Program-made: the position numbers and the translations under genes
The notes under the pieces: generated by a model
Database searches by the model: none
Told to the model about the DNA's origin: nothing
Seen by the model: only the letters and a program-made list of their open reading frames with translations
Shown: positions 19,782 to 28,295 of the stretch, piece by piece
Layout: every line of letters begins with the position of its first letter
Position numbering within the stretch: the stretch's first letter is position 1
Origin: a virus
Lineage: Duplodnaviria > Caudoviricetes
DNA: 41,529 nt
Reading direction: 5' to 3' (one strand)
IMG/VR virus record: IMGVR_UViG_3300037722_000461
Location: 1 to 41,529 of that record

Positions 19782-20755
19782 GTGGTTTTCTCCTTACGAT
19801 ATGTTTTGATTCGTCCGCGCAAGCGCTCGATCTGGCGCGCGCGCTCAACATCCGCCTCGGTCTGTTTGCTGGATACAGCGCCGATCGGATGATCTACAAA
19901 AGGTGTTCCTCCCCTGCTCAATAATTGCTGGATGGTCTGGTTCAAAGTCCCCACGCGGTCGGCCATGCCCATTTCGACGGCGCGCTTGGCTGTGACCATG
20001 CGCCCCTGGCCGAAACCGTTGCGGACAGCCTCGTCGCTCACGCCGCGATTGCGGGCAACTGCCCCGACAAAGGAATCGTAGTATTCGCGCACGTTCTCCT
20101 GTATGGCGGCGCGCGCTTCATCGGTCAGGGGTTGGTATGGATTTGCTTCCGCTTTGTATTTCCCCTCCTTGATAATTGAAATTTTGACACCATCCTGATG
20201 CGCCGCGACGCTCCAATCCTGATGCACGGCAAAGACGCCAATGGAACCGACCTCGCCCGATGGCGAGACAACCACCTCGTCTGCGGCGGTGCCGATGTAG
20301 TAGGCGGCGCTTGCCATATCCTGATTTGCCACTGCGACAATCGGTTTCTTGCCTCGTGAGTCGTAGATCTGGCGGCTAAGCTCGTCGATACCGCCAACCT
20401 GTCCGCCCGGACTGTCCACGTCCAGAACAATGGCATCGATCTCTGGATCGTTGATCAATCCTGCAAATTGCGCGCCGAATTTTTCCGCGCTGGTGGCTCC
20501 CGACATTTCCGTCATGAGGTTGGCGCGGGGAAAGATCGTGCCGAACAGAGGCAGGACAGCCACGCTCTCGACACGGCGGTCGGCAGGGCGGCTGGCTCCG
20601 TTGATGCGGGCTTGTATCTCCTCGGCAGATAATTTCTCACCGGATACGTGCCGCGCAATGATCTCCTCCAGCATGGCAAGTTTGTGTGGGCGGATCGCCC
20701 ACGGGGTTTCAACAAAGGCCCGCAGGACATAACTATTTGTCGTCAGATTGGGCAT
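19778..20755 (-). CDS. S49-family capsid maturation protease
   Basis: LDVDSPGG, MASAAY, VGSIGV, GKYK motifs. Confidence 0.9.
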   Translation of the reverse strand: MPNLTTNSYVLRAFVETPWAIRPHKLAMLEEIIARHVSGEKLSAEEIQARINGASRPADRRVESVAVLPLFGTIFPRANLMTEMSGATSAEKFGAQFAGLINDPEIDAIVLDVDSPGGQVGGIDELSRQIYDSRGKKPIVAVANQDMASAAYYIGTAADEVVVSPSGEVGSIGVFAVHQDWSVAAHQDGVKISIIKEGKYKAEANPYQPLTDEARAAIQENVREYYDSFVGAVARNRGVSDEAVRNGFGQGRMVTAKRAVEMGMADRVGTLNQTIQQLLSRGGTPFVDHPIGAVSSKQTEADVERARQIERLRGRIKTYRKEKTT

Positions 20756-21983
20756 CGGGTTTGCCTCCTAATTTCACATTATTGGCGGTCATGTAGTAGT
20801 CTTCTCCACCCTGATAGGCGTTCAGATCGTCCTTGGCGCGGGCTTCGTTGGGATTTATCTGCCCCGAACGGATCTTGATCTCGTTGGTCTCAGCGCGTTC
20901 CTTGGCGGTCATTCGCAGAAGCGATGAGCGGTTGAATTTGAAGTAATTGTTACCTTGTTGATCGAGCGTCAGCCAGCGGATGCGGGCGCCCTGTTCCGTC
21001 GGGACGAGGTGCGCATCCAGGCATTGCTGCAGGTATTCGATGTGTTTCTGCTCGTTGGACTCGTAGGCTTCCTTGCCCATATTGAGCATGTGCAGGGGGA
21101 ACTTGAGGAAGTTGGCGATCTCGCGGTCGTCGCGTTCCATGGACCCCAAAAACTCGGCGTCTTTCGGGCTGAGCGAGATGGGCTTGAATTCGCGGACGCG
21201 CTTATCGGCGATGGCGATGTTGTAGGCTTTGTCAGACCCGCTGATCGAGCCTGCGAACGACTCGCGGACTATGTCGCGTTCCTCGTCGCTTTTGAGCTCG
21301 ATATTGTTGAGGTACAGGACGCCCGAGGGGTTCATGCCCTGTGAGTAAAATTTTGATTTTGTTTTATGCGCGCCCAATTGCCTGCCCATCGTTTCCCGCG
21401 CGTATGTGATCACGCCGCGTCCGACGAAGCCAGTCGCATCGGGATTTATCATTTCATGCAGCACTTCGACAGCGGGGATGTATTGCGGCTTGGTCGAATT
21501 GTTGAAGCGCACTGCGTACCAGAGTCCGCCCTTTTTATCCAGCACGGGAGCGGTGCGGTCAGCTGGCAATATCAGCAGCTGGGGCGGGTAAACAGGCGGA
21601 CGCCAGACGTATGAGTTGCCATGATAGAGCTTCCATTGCATTTTGGCCTGTTTGAACTGCATCGGCGTCCAGCCCCACTGGTTCGGGGAGATCTCCATCA
21701 GGTAGGGGATGTTTATGATCTTCGAGTCAGGCTCGACCTGGCGGATCATGCCGTCCACGCGCTCGAATTGGTGGAAGGGCATCATGGCGTAATCGTCGAT
21801 GATGGTGTTGGCAGCGCGGTAGAACGTGGCGAGGGTCATGGCGCGCTCGGGTGAGACACGCTCGCGCGATGTGGTCTGCTCGCCAAAAGACGAGATGAAT
21901 TCGACGCGCGGCTGTTCGGCGTTATTGTCGATGACAGGTTCTGATTTTGGTATGGCGGCTTTTGCCGCTTTAGTCAGGATCAT
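20733..21983 (-). CDS. Portal protein (HK97 family)
   Basis: HGNSY, EVLH, GRGVI, INPNEAR motifs. Confidence 0.9.
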   Translation of the reverse strand: MILTKAAKAAIPKSEPVIDNNAEQPRVEFISSFGEQTTSRERVSPERAMTLATFYRAANTIIDDYAMMPFHQFERVDGMIRQVEPDSKIINIPYLMEISPNQWGWTPMQFKQAKMQWKLYHGNSYVWRPPVYPPQLLILPADRTAPVLDKKGGLWYAVRFNNSTKPQYIPAVEVLHEMINPDATGFVGRGVITYARETMGRQLGAHKTKSKFYSQGMNPSGVLYLNNIELKSDEERDIVRESFAGSISGSDKAYNIAIADKRVREFKPISLSPKDAEFLGSMERDDREIANFLKFPLHMLNMGKEAYESNEQKHIEYLQQCLDAHLVPTEQGARIRWLTLDQQGNNYFKFNRSSLLRMTAKERAETNEIKIRSGQINPNEARAKDDLNAYQGGEDYYMTANNVKLGGKPDAQSDDK

Positions 21984-22147
21984 GCGCTATTCCCCTTTGC
22001 GATCTGGTGGCTGAAATAGATCAAAGAAACTCCAATGGCTATCCACCCGATGTATGGGAACGGGGATGTGAAAAATCCCACTGCGATGCAGGCGGCGCCC
22101 GCAAGGTAGGAGATATCATCGAGGTAGGGGAGGATATTTTTCAGCAT
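21980..22147 (-). CDS. Small two-TM membrane protein preceding portal
   Basis: MLKNILPYLDD...; ATGA overlap with portal. Confidence 0.55.
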   Translation of the reverse strand: MLKNILPYLDDISYLAGAACIAVGFFTSPFPYIGWIAIGVSLIYFSHQIAKGNSA

Positions 22148-22161
22148 ATGCGTGGAAACGC

Positions 22162-22201
22162 AAAAAACCCGGCCCAATCCGTTTAGGATTGAGTCGGGTT
22201 T
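22162..22201 (-). terminator. Intrinsic-terminator-like hairpin in head-gene leader
   Basis: AAAACCCGACTCAATCC-loop-GGATTGGGCCGGGTTTTTT on the - strand. Confidence 0.55.
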
Positions 22202-22251
22202 CAAGGTCCGACGGGTGGGCGCACGGGGCGCCGCGATCAGTTGTTGGTTAG

Positions 22252-22260
22252 ATTATAGCA
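22252..22260 (-). promoter_or_regulatory. Extended -10 element (TGcTATAAT) upstream of head genes
   Basis: Perfect TGnTATAAT just after the methyltransferase stop. Confidence 0.5.
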
Positions 22261-22265
22261 TAAGA

Positions 22266-22742
22266 TCAGGTATTTTTGTCGTCGAGTTTCATCAGTTTTA
22301 CATTGACATTCCCGTCACGGGTCCAGCGTAAGGATACGATCTCCCATGGTTTTGGGCTGTAGATGTGATAGCGGTGATGCTGGGGCGCGAAATACTGCCA
22401 GGTCACTTCGGTGACGGGGTTGCAGTGAGTGGGGTCGTGATAAAAACCGTCGCTGCCGCCATATGGACATTCGATGTCGATGATCGCGCCGATTTTGAGC
22501 ACGCGCCAGCATTCGTTCATGAAGGCGATGAATGGGAAGCGCGTGCCCACGCTGGTGACGCTGACAGGCGGGATGTGTTCGACGATGTGCCAGGCGTGGG
22601 CGAGGTCGATGCTGTCCGATTCAAAAGGCCAGGGACGCAGGTTGAGATCGTGGACGATATCCACGCCAGGCAGAGACTGGATATCCATACCGATCCAGTC
22701 GGGGGCCTGTTTGTGGGGTCCACAGGCGATGTCAAGATTCAT
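22266..22742 (-). CDS. Class I SAM-dependent methyltransferase (glycan-associated type)
   Basis: LDIACG, HIVEH, RVLK.G, DPTH motifs. Confidence 0.85.
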   Translation of the reverse strand: MNLDIACGPHKQAPDWIGMDIQSLPGVDIVHDLNLRPWPFESDSIDLAHAWHIVEHIPPVSVTSVGTRFPFIAFMNECWRVLKIGAIIDIECPYGGSDGFYHDPTHCNPVTEVTWQYFAPQHHRYHIYSPKPWEIVSLRWTRDGNVNVKLMKLDDKNT

Positions 22743-22744
22743 TT

Positions 22745-23293
22745 TCAAGGTCCTTTTTGGAGTGGAAATAATGAACGTAACGGGCCAGAGACGGCGACGA
22801 GTCGTTCGGGGTGCGGGACGGAGGCGCGGCATTCCTCTATCCACGGTCGCATCATTTCAGACAGGTCGAGCCTGGGCACTTGTTTCGGCTCGTAATTGTC
22901 GTGACAGTATTTGCGCGCGCCGCGGTACATATCCATGCCACACAAATAGACGGGGTTGCAGCCCATATAAAGCCCCAGCCAGGCGGCTGTGGTGGCTGAG
23001 TTCCGCCCGCGCCAGTATTTTACGTCCATTTCGATGTCTGAGCCGTAATCGGGCGAAACTTTGACAACATCTTCCTGCTCGAGTATTTTGAGCATCTGTC
23101 CGCGGTCGCGCGGGTCGTCGAGGTAGACCACAAAGTGAGGTTGGAGACCGATCTCGTGGGCATGGTAATTGACAGCAATGAGCAGCAGATTCGATGATGC
23201 TATGGCGGCAAGGTCGTCGGGGAGAGACGGACCACCTCCTAAAATAGCGGCGGGTATACCAGCGTAATAGTCAGCGAGGGATGAAAGCAGCAT
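22745..23293 (-). CDS. Maf/DUF115 (MptE-like, sialyltransferase-like fold) putative glycosyltransferase
   Basis: ILGGGPSL, IAVN, VYLCGMD motifs. Confidence 0.7.
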   Translation of the reverse strand: MLLSSLADYYAGIPAAILGGGPSLPDDLAAIASSNLLLIAVNYHAHEIGLQPHFVVYLDDPRDRGQMLKILEQEDVVKVSPDYGSDIEMDVKYWRGRNSATTAAWLGLYMGCNPVYLCGMDMYRGARKYCHDNYEPKQVPRLDLSEMMRPWIEECRASVPHPERLVAVSGPLRSLFPLQKGP

Positions 23294-23294
23294 G

Positions 23295-23849
23295 TTATGA
23301 GTATCGTCCGAACAACCTCACGAGCGGGCCGCTCATGGCGCGGATGCGTTCGGGATGCGGGCATTTTTCGAACGCCTGCCGCCAGAATTTGAGATGACCT
23401 TCAAGCGGCGCGTGCCATGCTACGTGATCGACGCCTGGACGCGGATGACAGTATTTTACCCTGCCCTGATAGCAATCCATGCCGCACAGGATGACGGGAT
23501 CGTAGCCGCACCAGAGAGCGTACCAGGTGGCGAGGGACGATGAGAAATCTCCGCGCCACGCACCTGGCGGCAGCGGCACATGCGATGTCTCAAATGGAGA
23601 AACAATCGTGCCCTTGAAGCCCCTGGCAATCTGCGCGACCTCATAGACGTTTGTCAGGCGATCTTGATGGACGAGCACGTGTGGTTCACAAAAATAAAAC
23701 GCATGATTGTTGACACTTATCAACACGCATTCGTCTGGCAGTTTTTTGAGATCGCGCGGCAACGACGGTCCACCGCCCAGGACGGCGGCAGGTCGGGTGG
23801 ACGCTTTAGTTTGAAAGACAGTCATTAATGGGCGAAGTTGAGCCGCCAC
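23295..23849 (-). CDS. Paralogous Maf/DUF115-like putative glycosyltransferase
   Basis: VLGGGPSL, ISVN, VILCGMD; shares KYCH and PHPER with its neighbour. Confidence 0.7.
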   Translation of the reverse strand: MAAQLRPLMTVFQTKASTRPAAVLGGGPSLPRDLKKLPDECVLISVNNHAFYFCEPHVLVHQDRLTNVYEVAQIARGFKGTIVSPFETSHVPLPPGAWRGDFSSSLATWYALWCGYDPVILCGMDCYQGRVKYCHPRPGVDHVAWHAPLEGHLKFWRQAFEKCPHPERIRAMSGPLVRLFGRYS

Positions 23850-23954
23850 GCCCGTTCATGGAAGCGGCGTAAATGTTCCGCACATCCTACATCGAACGCC
23901 TTTTAATATTGTTACGTCTTCCTCCTTCCCGTGCAAAGCCGACGGGAGTTCGGC
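23842..23954 (-). repeat. Degenerate attC8, distal end of array
   Basis: GCCGCCGAAC-TCCCGT ... ACGGG-C-GTGGCGGC; right end coincides with the GTG start of the 23849 gene. Confidence 0.4.
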
Positions 23955-24143
23955 GGCATGGGCGTCCTCGGCTTTTCGCCTCTCGTATACTTCGTTAGCA
24001 ATCTCATCAACACCCATTGCAACAAACCAACTCTCAAGGGCGGTACGCGCCATCTCTTTAAGTTTTTTAGGGTCTCTTTCACGACTATAACCGATAACAT
24101 CCAATACAGATACTAAGTGCGAGATTTGTTCCTTTGTAGGCAT
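23856..24143 (-). CDS. Cassette 8 ORF, hypothetical protein with C-terminal CxxC
   Basis: GAAAGG RBS; reads through R'' (AAEL). Confidence 0.65.
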   Translation of the reverse strand: MPTKEQISHLVSVLDVIGYSRERDPKKLKEMARTALESWFVAMGVDEIANEVYERRKAEDAHAAELPSALHGKEEDVTILKGVRCRMCGTFTPLP

Positions 24144-24176
24144 ACGTTTTTCCTTTCATGGAGCCGATACTCCCGT

Positions 24177-24290
24177 TTACAATGGGTTTGCGTAACCCGC
24201 CCTATGCAGGCAAGTTACTTTCGGATTTCACGACATCAGGCAGGCTCAAAACCGCCGCCTTCAAAGAGTCGGGTTCACGCGGTGTTGGCT
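24177..24290 (-). repeat. attC7 (ibrAB cassette)
   Basis: AGCCAAC-acc-GCGT[G]AACCCG...CGGGTT-ACGC-aaaccc-ATTGTAA. Confidence 0.8.
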
Positions 24291-24462
24291 GTGCTTTTCC
24301 ATTTATTACCGCTGTTTCATAAGCAGACCATGACGGCTTGCCTTTATAAAAATAACCTGCCTTACCTGCGGCTTCGTTCAATGCCGCTGTGCGTTTTGAT
24401 TGCCGAGTTGCTTTTGTGCTGTCTTTCCAATTCGGATCATGCTTGCGTTTCTTTTGCTTCAT
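24202..24462 (-). CDS. Small basic, putative DNA-binding protein (last gene of ibrAB cassette)
   Basis: ATGA overlap with ibrB; C-terminus runs into attC7. Confidence 0.65.
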   Translation of the reverse strand: MKQKKRKHDPNWKDSTKATRQSKRTAALNEAAGKAGYFYKGKPSWSAYETAVINGKAQPTPREPDSLKAAVLSLPDVVKSESNLPA

Positions 24463-24977
24463 GCCATCTCCCATGCTTCGGAAAATTCATCATCTCCAAA
24501 CAAATCCGCAAGACCTGATATTTGCTTCAAACGCAAAACTTCATCAGGTTCCATTCCAAGTTCTTTTGCTATTTTCTGATCGCTCCAATTTCGGCGGGCA
24601 AGTTCTTGCACGATTTCAGACATTGCGCCTACTTGATGTTTTCCGCGTGCGCGATTATGGCGAATGGTTGAAGCAATGCGGTCTGATCGGTCTGTACGTC
24701 CTTCGCTGATTACGACAACAGGCAAATGAGACATGCCAAGTTTCTTGCCAACTAAATGACGGTGAAAACCATCAACGACTTCATAGCCGTTTTCAGTTTG
24801 CCAGACAACAATCGGCTGCGTAAAGCCATCTTCAAGGATACTCAATTCAAGCAATTCCATTTCAGGCTTTGCAACTGAGTTTGGGTTGTAATCGTTTGCA
24901 AAAACTTTATCCGTTAGAACCCATTGCACAAACGAAACTGGATGTTGTTTCGTCCACTCTAAATCATTAGTTTCCAT
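24459..24977 (-). CDS. ibrB: IbrB-like ParB/Srx-domain protein
   Basis: ANDYNPN, DGFTQPIV, VVDGFHR, STIRHNRARGKH. Confidence 0.9.
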   Translation of the reverse strand: METNDLEWTKQHPVSFVQWVLTDKVFANDYNPNSVAKPEMELLELSILEDGFTQPIVVWQTENGYEVVDGFHRHLVGKKLGMSHLPVVVISEGRTDRSDRIASTIRHNRARGKHQVGAMSEIVQELARRNWSDQKIAKELGMEPDEVLRLKQISGLADLFGDDEFSEAWEMA

Positions 24978-26161
24978 TCCTGTCTCCTGCGCTTCATCAA
25001 CTTTGTATATTTTTCGTATGCTTCGGATTTATGCTGACTAAAAGATAAGCCCTTGCACCAGTAGTCATTTCTCAAAAGTGCTTTGCAAATTCTCTTCCAA
25101 CTTGGCGCAGACTTGTCAAGCGGTCCGTCATCAGGAATTCCACCGGCATAACCGCGATCTTGATACCACTTCAAAAAAACAGCGATCTTATCTTTGTAGT
25201 GCTCCGCATGCTTTGGCGGAAGTGTGTCAATCAACATTAGCGCAAATGATTGCCAAGTGTGTCCAGGTGGAAGGGAAACTGTATTCACTCCGAGAATATT
25301 CCCGATTTCTTGAGCGTACAATGCGCCTTGATTTGCTCCGTTCACGCGGGCTACAATCTTCCCCCATGTTTCAGGCTCGATGATGTGAAACAGCCATAAA
25401 CCTTTTCGCTGATCGTCACCGTAGGGTTGGCAAATTCGCATTTGGTGAATCGTCAAACCTGCCTGATACATGCGGTCATAAAGTTTGTTGTATGGCTTAT
25501 CTGGATTGCGTCCCTGCCAAATCCAAAGGTCTTTTGTTTTCCAATCGTAAATCGGATAAGCATTGTAAAGACTTTCACCGCACCACGTTGTCCATTGATG
25601 ACCGTCAATAGTTTGTTTCTTTTCGCTTGCAATTGTGCGCCATCGGTTTAGGCTTTCATCTGTGCGGATGCCTACAAAGCAAGCCGTCAATTTCCCTTGA
25701 CCGTACCAATGACCGAACGCGGGGATAAATTCTTCAAACTCCATTGCGCTTCGGAAAAATGGAAAATAATTCTCATCCGTGATTGCCATCTCTGGCGGAT
25801 TTCTTATCCACGCTTCTTCTTTTCCTCGTTCCCAGCAGACCCATTGCGGCTGGTACTGGCTGACTGCATTACGAAGATGAATTGGCAATGCTACCCAATA
25901 AGGGTCAATGTTTTCTGCGTACATATCGTAGCAAGTTTTGATGTGGTCAATCGTGAGTTTATATTGTCCTTCCAAATCCACAAACAGCACGCCTATTTTC
26001 TTACCGCGTTTGATTGCTTCCGCCATTACTAAATGCAACATGACGGTTGAATCTTTCCCGCCAGAAAACGAAAGATAGATTTTCGGGAACGTGTCGAACA
26101 CATATTCTATTCGTCGTTTTGCGGCTTCGTAAGTTGTGATGCCGAGTGATCTTTTATCCAT
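24959..26161 (-). CDS. ibrA: IbrA-like PAPS-reductase-family/DUF3440 protein
   Basis: SFSGGKDS PP-loop, GIRTDESLNR, YPIYDW, RICQPYG, LLRNDYWC. Confidence 0.9.
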   Translation of the reverse strand: MDKRSLGITTYEAAKRRIEYVFDTFPKIYLSFSGGKDSTVMLHLVMAEAIKRGKKIGVLFVDLEGQYKLTIDHIKTCYDMYAENIDPYWVALPIHLRNAVSQYQPQWVCWERGKEEAWIRNPPEMAITDENYFPFFRSAMEFEEFIPAFGHWYGQGKLTACFVGIRTDESLNRWRTIASEKKQTIDGHQWTTWCGESLYNAYPIYDWKTKDLWIWQGRNPDKPYNKLYDRMYQAGLTIHQMRICQPYGDDQRKGLWLFHIIEPETWGKIVARVNGANQGALYAQEIGNILGVNTVSLPPGHTWQSFALMLIDTLPPKHAEHYKDKIAVFLKWYQDRGYAGGIPDDGPLDKSAPSWKRICKALLRNDYWCKGLSFSQHKSEAYEKYTKLMKRRRQEWKLMI

Positions 26162-26535
26162 TGGTTTACAAATTCCTTATCAACTCGCTGGATTTCTCCA
26201 TCATCTGTGACTGTGCAAAAATATCGCTCTGTTTTCTTCCAGTTCTTTGGCGCGCTTACTTCGTAAACATAACCGCTTTCAAGAATGTACCAAAGAAAAA
26301 CTCCGCGCGATCCTTTGCTGTTTGCTTTTTTATAATCTTTCTTTGCTTTTAGAAATTGGCGAGAATATCCGAATTTCGGATCAGTACCTACAATCATTGC
26401 GACCCAGTAATCAGGCTTTGGTGCGCCAATCGCGTCTCCGAGACCTGGCGCACCATCGTTCAAAATGCCTGTCCAAAGTCGCATGTATTGAAAGGTATTA
26501 TCTCCAATCGCTTCGACTTTGAGCGTTGCTTTCAT
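26107..26535 (-). CDS. Hypothetical protein upstream of ibrA
   Basis: TAATG coupling; KDY..ANSKGSRGV...YEV...RYFC. Confidence 0.7.
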   Translation of the reverse strand: MKATLKVEAIGDNTFQYMRLWTGILNDGAPGLGDAIGAPKPDYWVAMIVGTDPKFGYSRQFLKAKKDYKKANSKGSRGVFLWYILESGYVYEVSAPKNWKKTERYFCTVTDDGEIQRVDKEFVNQWIKDHSASQLTKPQNDE

Positions 26536-26804
26536 TAGCAATCCACGAAGTAAACACCTTGCTCTGCGTTGTATTCCGATATTGCTTTATCGGCTTCTCG
26601 AACCATTGCCGCACGAAAGTTCTCAACTGCGTCTTGATGGGCGGCTTCTTTTGTTTCGCCTTTTCCGTGATAATTGCCATTATCAGTCACGATCTTGCAG
26701 GTGTAATACGGAACAAATTCACCTTCGTTTTCATCAACTTCCACCAGTCCCGCGAACGGTCTTTCGGTTACGTGCTTTGTTTTGACTTTCTTGATAGTAA
26801 TCAT
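26535..26804 (-). CDS. Hypothetical protein, first gene of ibrAB cassette
   Basis: AAGGAG RBS, ATG at 26804. Confidence 0.7.
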   Translation of the reverse strand: MITIKKVKTKHVTERPFAGLVEVDENEGEFVPYYTCKIVTDNGNYHGKGETKEAAHQDAVENFRAAMVREADKAISEYNAEQGVYFVDC

Positions 26805-26836
26805 TTTGTTATCTCCTTGTTTGGTTTGATTGCTCA

Positions 26837-26865
26837 ATATTACTACACGTTATATAACGTGTCAA
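26837..26865 (-). promoter_or_regulatory. Sigma70 promoter of ibrAB cassette with palindromic operator
   Basis: TTGACA-17 bp-TAATAT; perfect 18-bp palindrome ACACGTTATATAACGTGT (26845-26862). Confidence 0.8.
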
Positions 26866-26925
26866 GAGTAAACAAGAAACTCGTTTTGCTCGATTTTTGC
26901 ACGAAACCATGAACTCGGAGCAAAC

Positions 26926-26972
26926 AGCCAACGGGGCGCGAATGCGCGAGCGTTTTCGCTCGCGCATTCGGG
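26926..26972 (-). repeat. Minimal attC6-like site of an ORF-less ~86-bp cassette
   Basis: CCCGAAT, 14-bp perfect stem CGAATGCGCGAGCG-AAAA-CGCTCGCGCATTCG, then cgcccc-GTTGGCT. Confidence 0.5.
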
Positions 26973-27011
26973 GGATGCAAGCCCCCCGCACTTTGGGGGA
27001 GCGCAGCGTCC

Positions 27012-27151
27012 GCCGAACGGGCGCGGGATGAGCGGACGACGCGAGGGGCGGTCATCACAACTCATCCCAAGCCCTACTAATCAATCTTTGGTACGGACAT
27101 CATTGGCGGTCTCATCCGCCCCTGCTCGTTCCGCTCCATCCATAGTTCGGT
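27012..27151 (-). repeat. attC5
   Basis: ACCGAAC-tat-GGATG[G]AGCGG[A]ACG...CGT-CCGCT-CATCC-cgcgccc-GTTCGGC. Confidence 0.85.
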
Positions 27152-27200
27152 GGCGCGATAGCGAAGGAATCATCCTTGCTAATTTATGACAAATGGACAT
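27081..27200 (-). CDS. Cassette 5 short ORF (39 aa)
   Basis: GAGGTG RBS, TGATG overlap; MSICHKLARM... ends inside the attC5 loop. Confidence 0.4.
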   Translation of the reverse strand: MSICHKLARMIPSLSRHRTMDGAERAGADETANDVRTKD

Positions 27201-27562
27201 CACACCTCTTTTCTCTCAAGAACTATGGATGCATCCCGCGCCCGTTCGGTGGCGAGGCGAGGACTCTTCTTTGCAGGCTTCGGGTCATGGTCTGGATTGG
27301 TTAGAAGGCTTTCTAATTGCGCTTCCAACTCTTTTACGCGTTTCTGTAAAGCCCTAACCCGACTAGGTGCGGCATGTAGACTATCGGGCCAACCAAGACC
27401 GTCTTTCATTTTGTCACCGAACTGAGCTGCTTCATCGCAAGCCTGTAACGTGTTTCCATAAGTGGCGACATATTGCATGCGTCCCTTTGTGGCAAAGCAG
27501 ATGATATGGTCATATCCATATTTTTTCGACAATTCTTTTAGCGATTTGATTGGGATGTTCAT
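27200..27562 (-). CDS. Hypothetical protein nested in the cassette 5 leader
   Basis: GAAAGGA RBS; bracketed by GTTAGAAGGCT / AGCCTTCTAAC. Confidence 0.7.
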   Translation of the reverse strand: MNIPIKSLKELSKKYGYDHIICFATKGRMQYVATYGNTLQACDEAAQFGDKMKDGLGWPDSLHAAPSRVRALQKRVKELEAQLESLLTNPDHDPKPAKKSPRLATERARDASIVLERKEV

Positions 27563-27656
27563 AGATTCCTTTCTAGCAAAGTAGCCTTCTAACTCCTCAC
27601 GGCGGGCAAGCGGGGGCTAACGAGGGGGCTGGCGTACCCGCCAGTCTCCGAGCGCC

Positions 27657-27820
27657 ACCGAACGGGGGCGCGATGAGCCGCACGGCGACGGTTACGAAAG
27701 CGGCGTCTCTGATCCGCATTTATCACACTTGCACAATATACCAGGGTTTGCAGATGCAACCCAATGATGCTCACAAGCCGCTTGAGTGTCGCCAGTGTCG
27801 GCTCCATTGCTGTGTTCGGC
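27657..27820 (-). repeat. attC4
   Basis: GCCGAAC-acagca-ATG[G]AGCCG[A]CAC..GGCGAC...GTCGCC-GTG-CGGCT-CAT-cgcgccccc-GTTCGGT. Confidence 0.85.
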
Positions 27821-27940
27821 GGCACGGGTTATCTCGTCAAAATACTCATCTTCCGTCATTTGGATGAGATAGAGAAAGATACGGAAGGCTACACCCGACA
27901 ACCATTCTCGAATTTTACTGCCTAAACTTTGTTTACCCAT
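27692..27940 (-). CDS. Cassette 4 ORF: helical N-module plus C-terminal Zn finger
   Basis: GAAAGGTG RBS; CEHHW...CDKC encoded in the attC4 loop. Confidence 0.65.
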   Translation of the reverse strand: MGKQSLGSKIREWLSGVAFRIFLYLIQMTEDEYFDEITRAAEHSNGADTGDTQAACEHHWVASANPGILCKCDKCGSETPLS

Positions 27941-28009
27941 TCGTCTTCACCTTTCAGAGAGCCGATACACAGCAATTGCATCGCGCCCCCGTTCGGCGGC
28001 GAAGCCGCT

Positions 28010-28219
28010 CTACCGCCCATGAAAATCCAAGGCTTGTTGATAGCGACCATTGGCGTCACCGCCAGCAGACACAGCAGACACAACGGATGCCCACTCCTCA
28101 GGCGGAATGACCATACGAGTAATGATAGGCGATTCAAGCCCTGCATCTTTGCGCTTGGTGACCATCACCGAGCCATCCGGCAAGCGCTGGAAAAACCATC
28201 CTTCTTTCAAGTGAAACAT
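28010..28219 (-). CDS. Hypothetical protein nested in the cassette 4 leader
   Basis: GAGGAGG RBS; flanked by a perfect 14-bp inverted repeat. Confidence 0.7.
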   Translation of the reverse strand: MFHLKEGWFFQRLPDGSVMVTKRKDAGLESPIITRMVIPPEEWASVVSAVSAGGDANGRYQQALDFHGR

Positions 28220-28295
28220 TTGTGCCTCCTCAGGCGGTAGAGCGGCGGTAACGAGTGATGCCCACGCTCTTGGTTTATGTGGGCGTCCGAGTGCC

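Noticed and set aside
27071-27080. Second copy of TAGTAGGGCT (attI-core-like) inside the attC5 loop
   Set aside because: Only 10 bp with no flanking attI similarity; could be chance.
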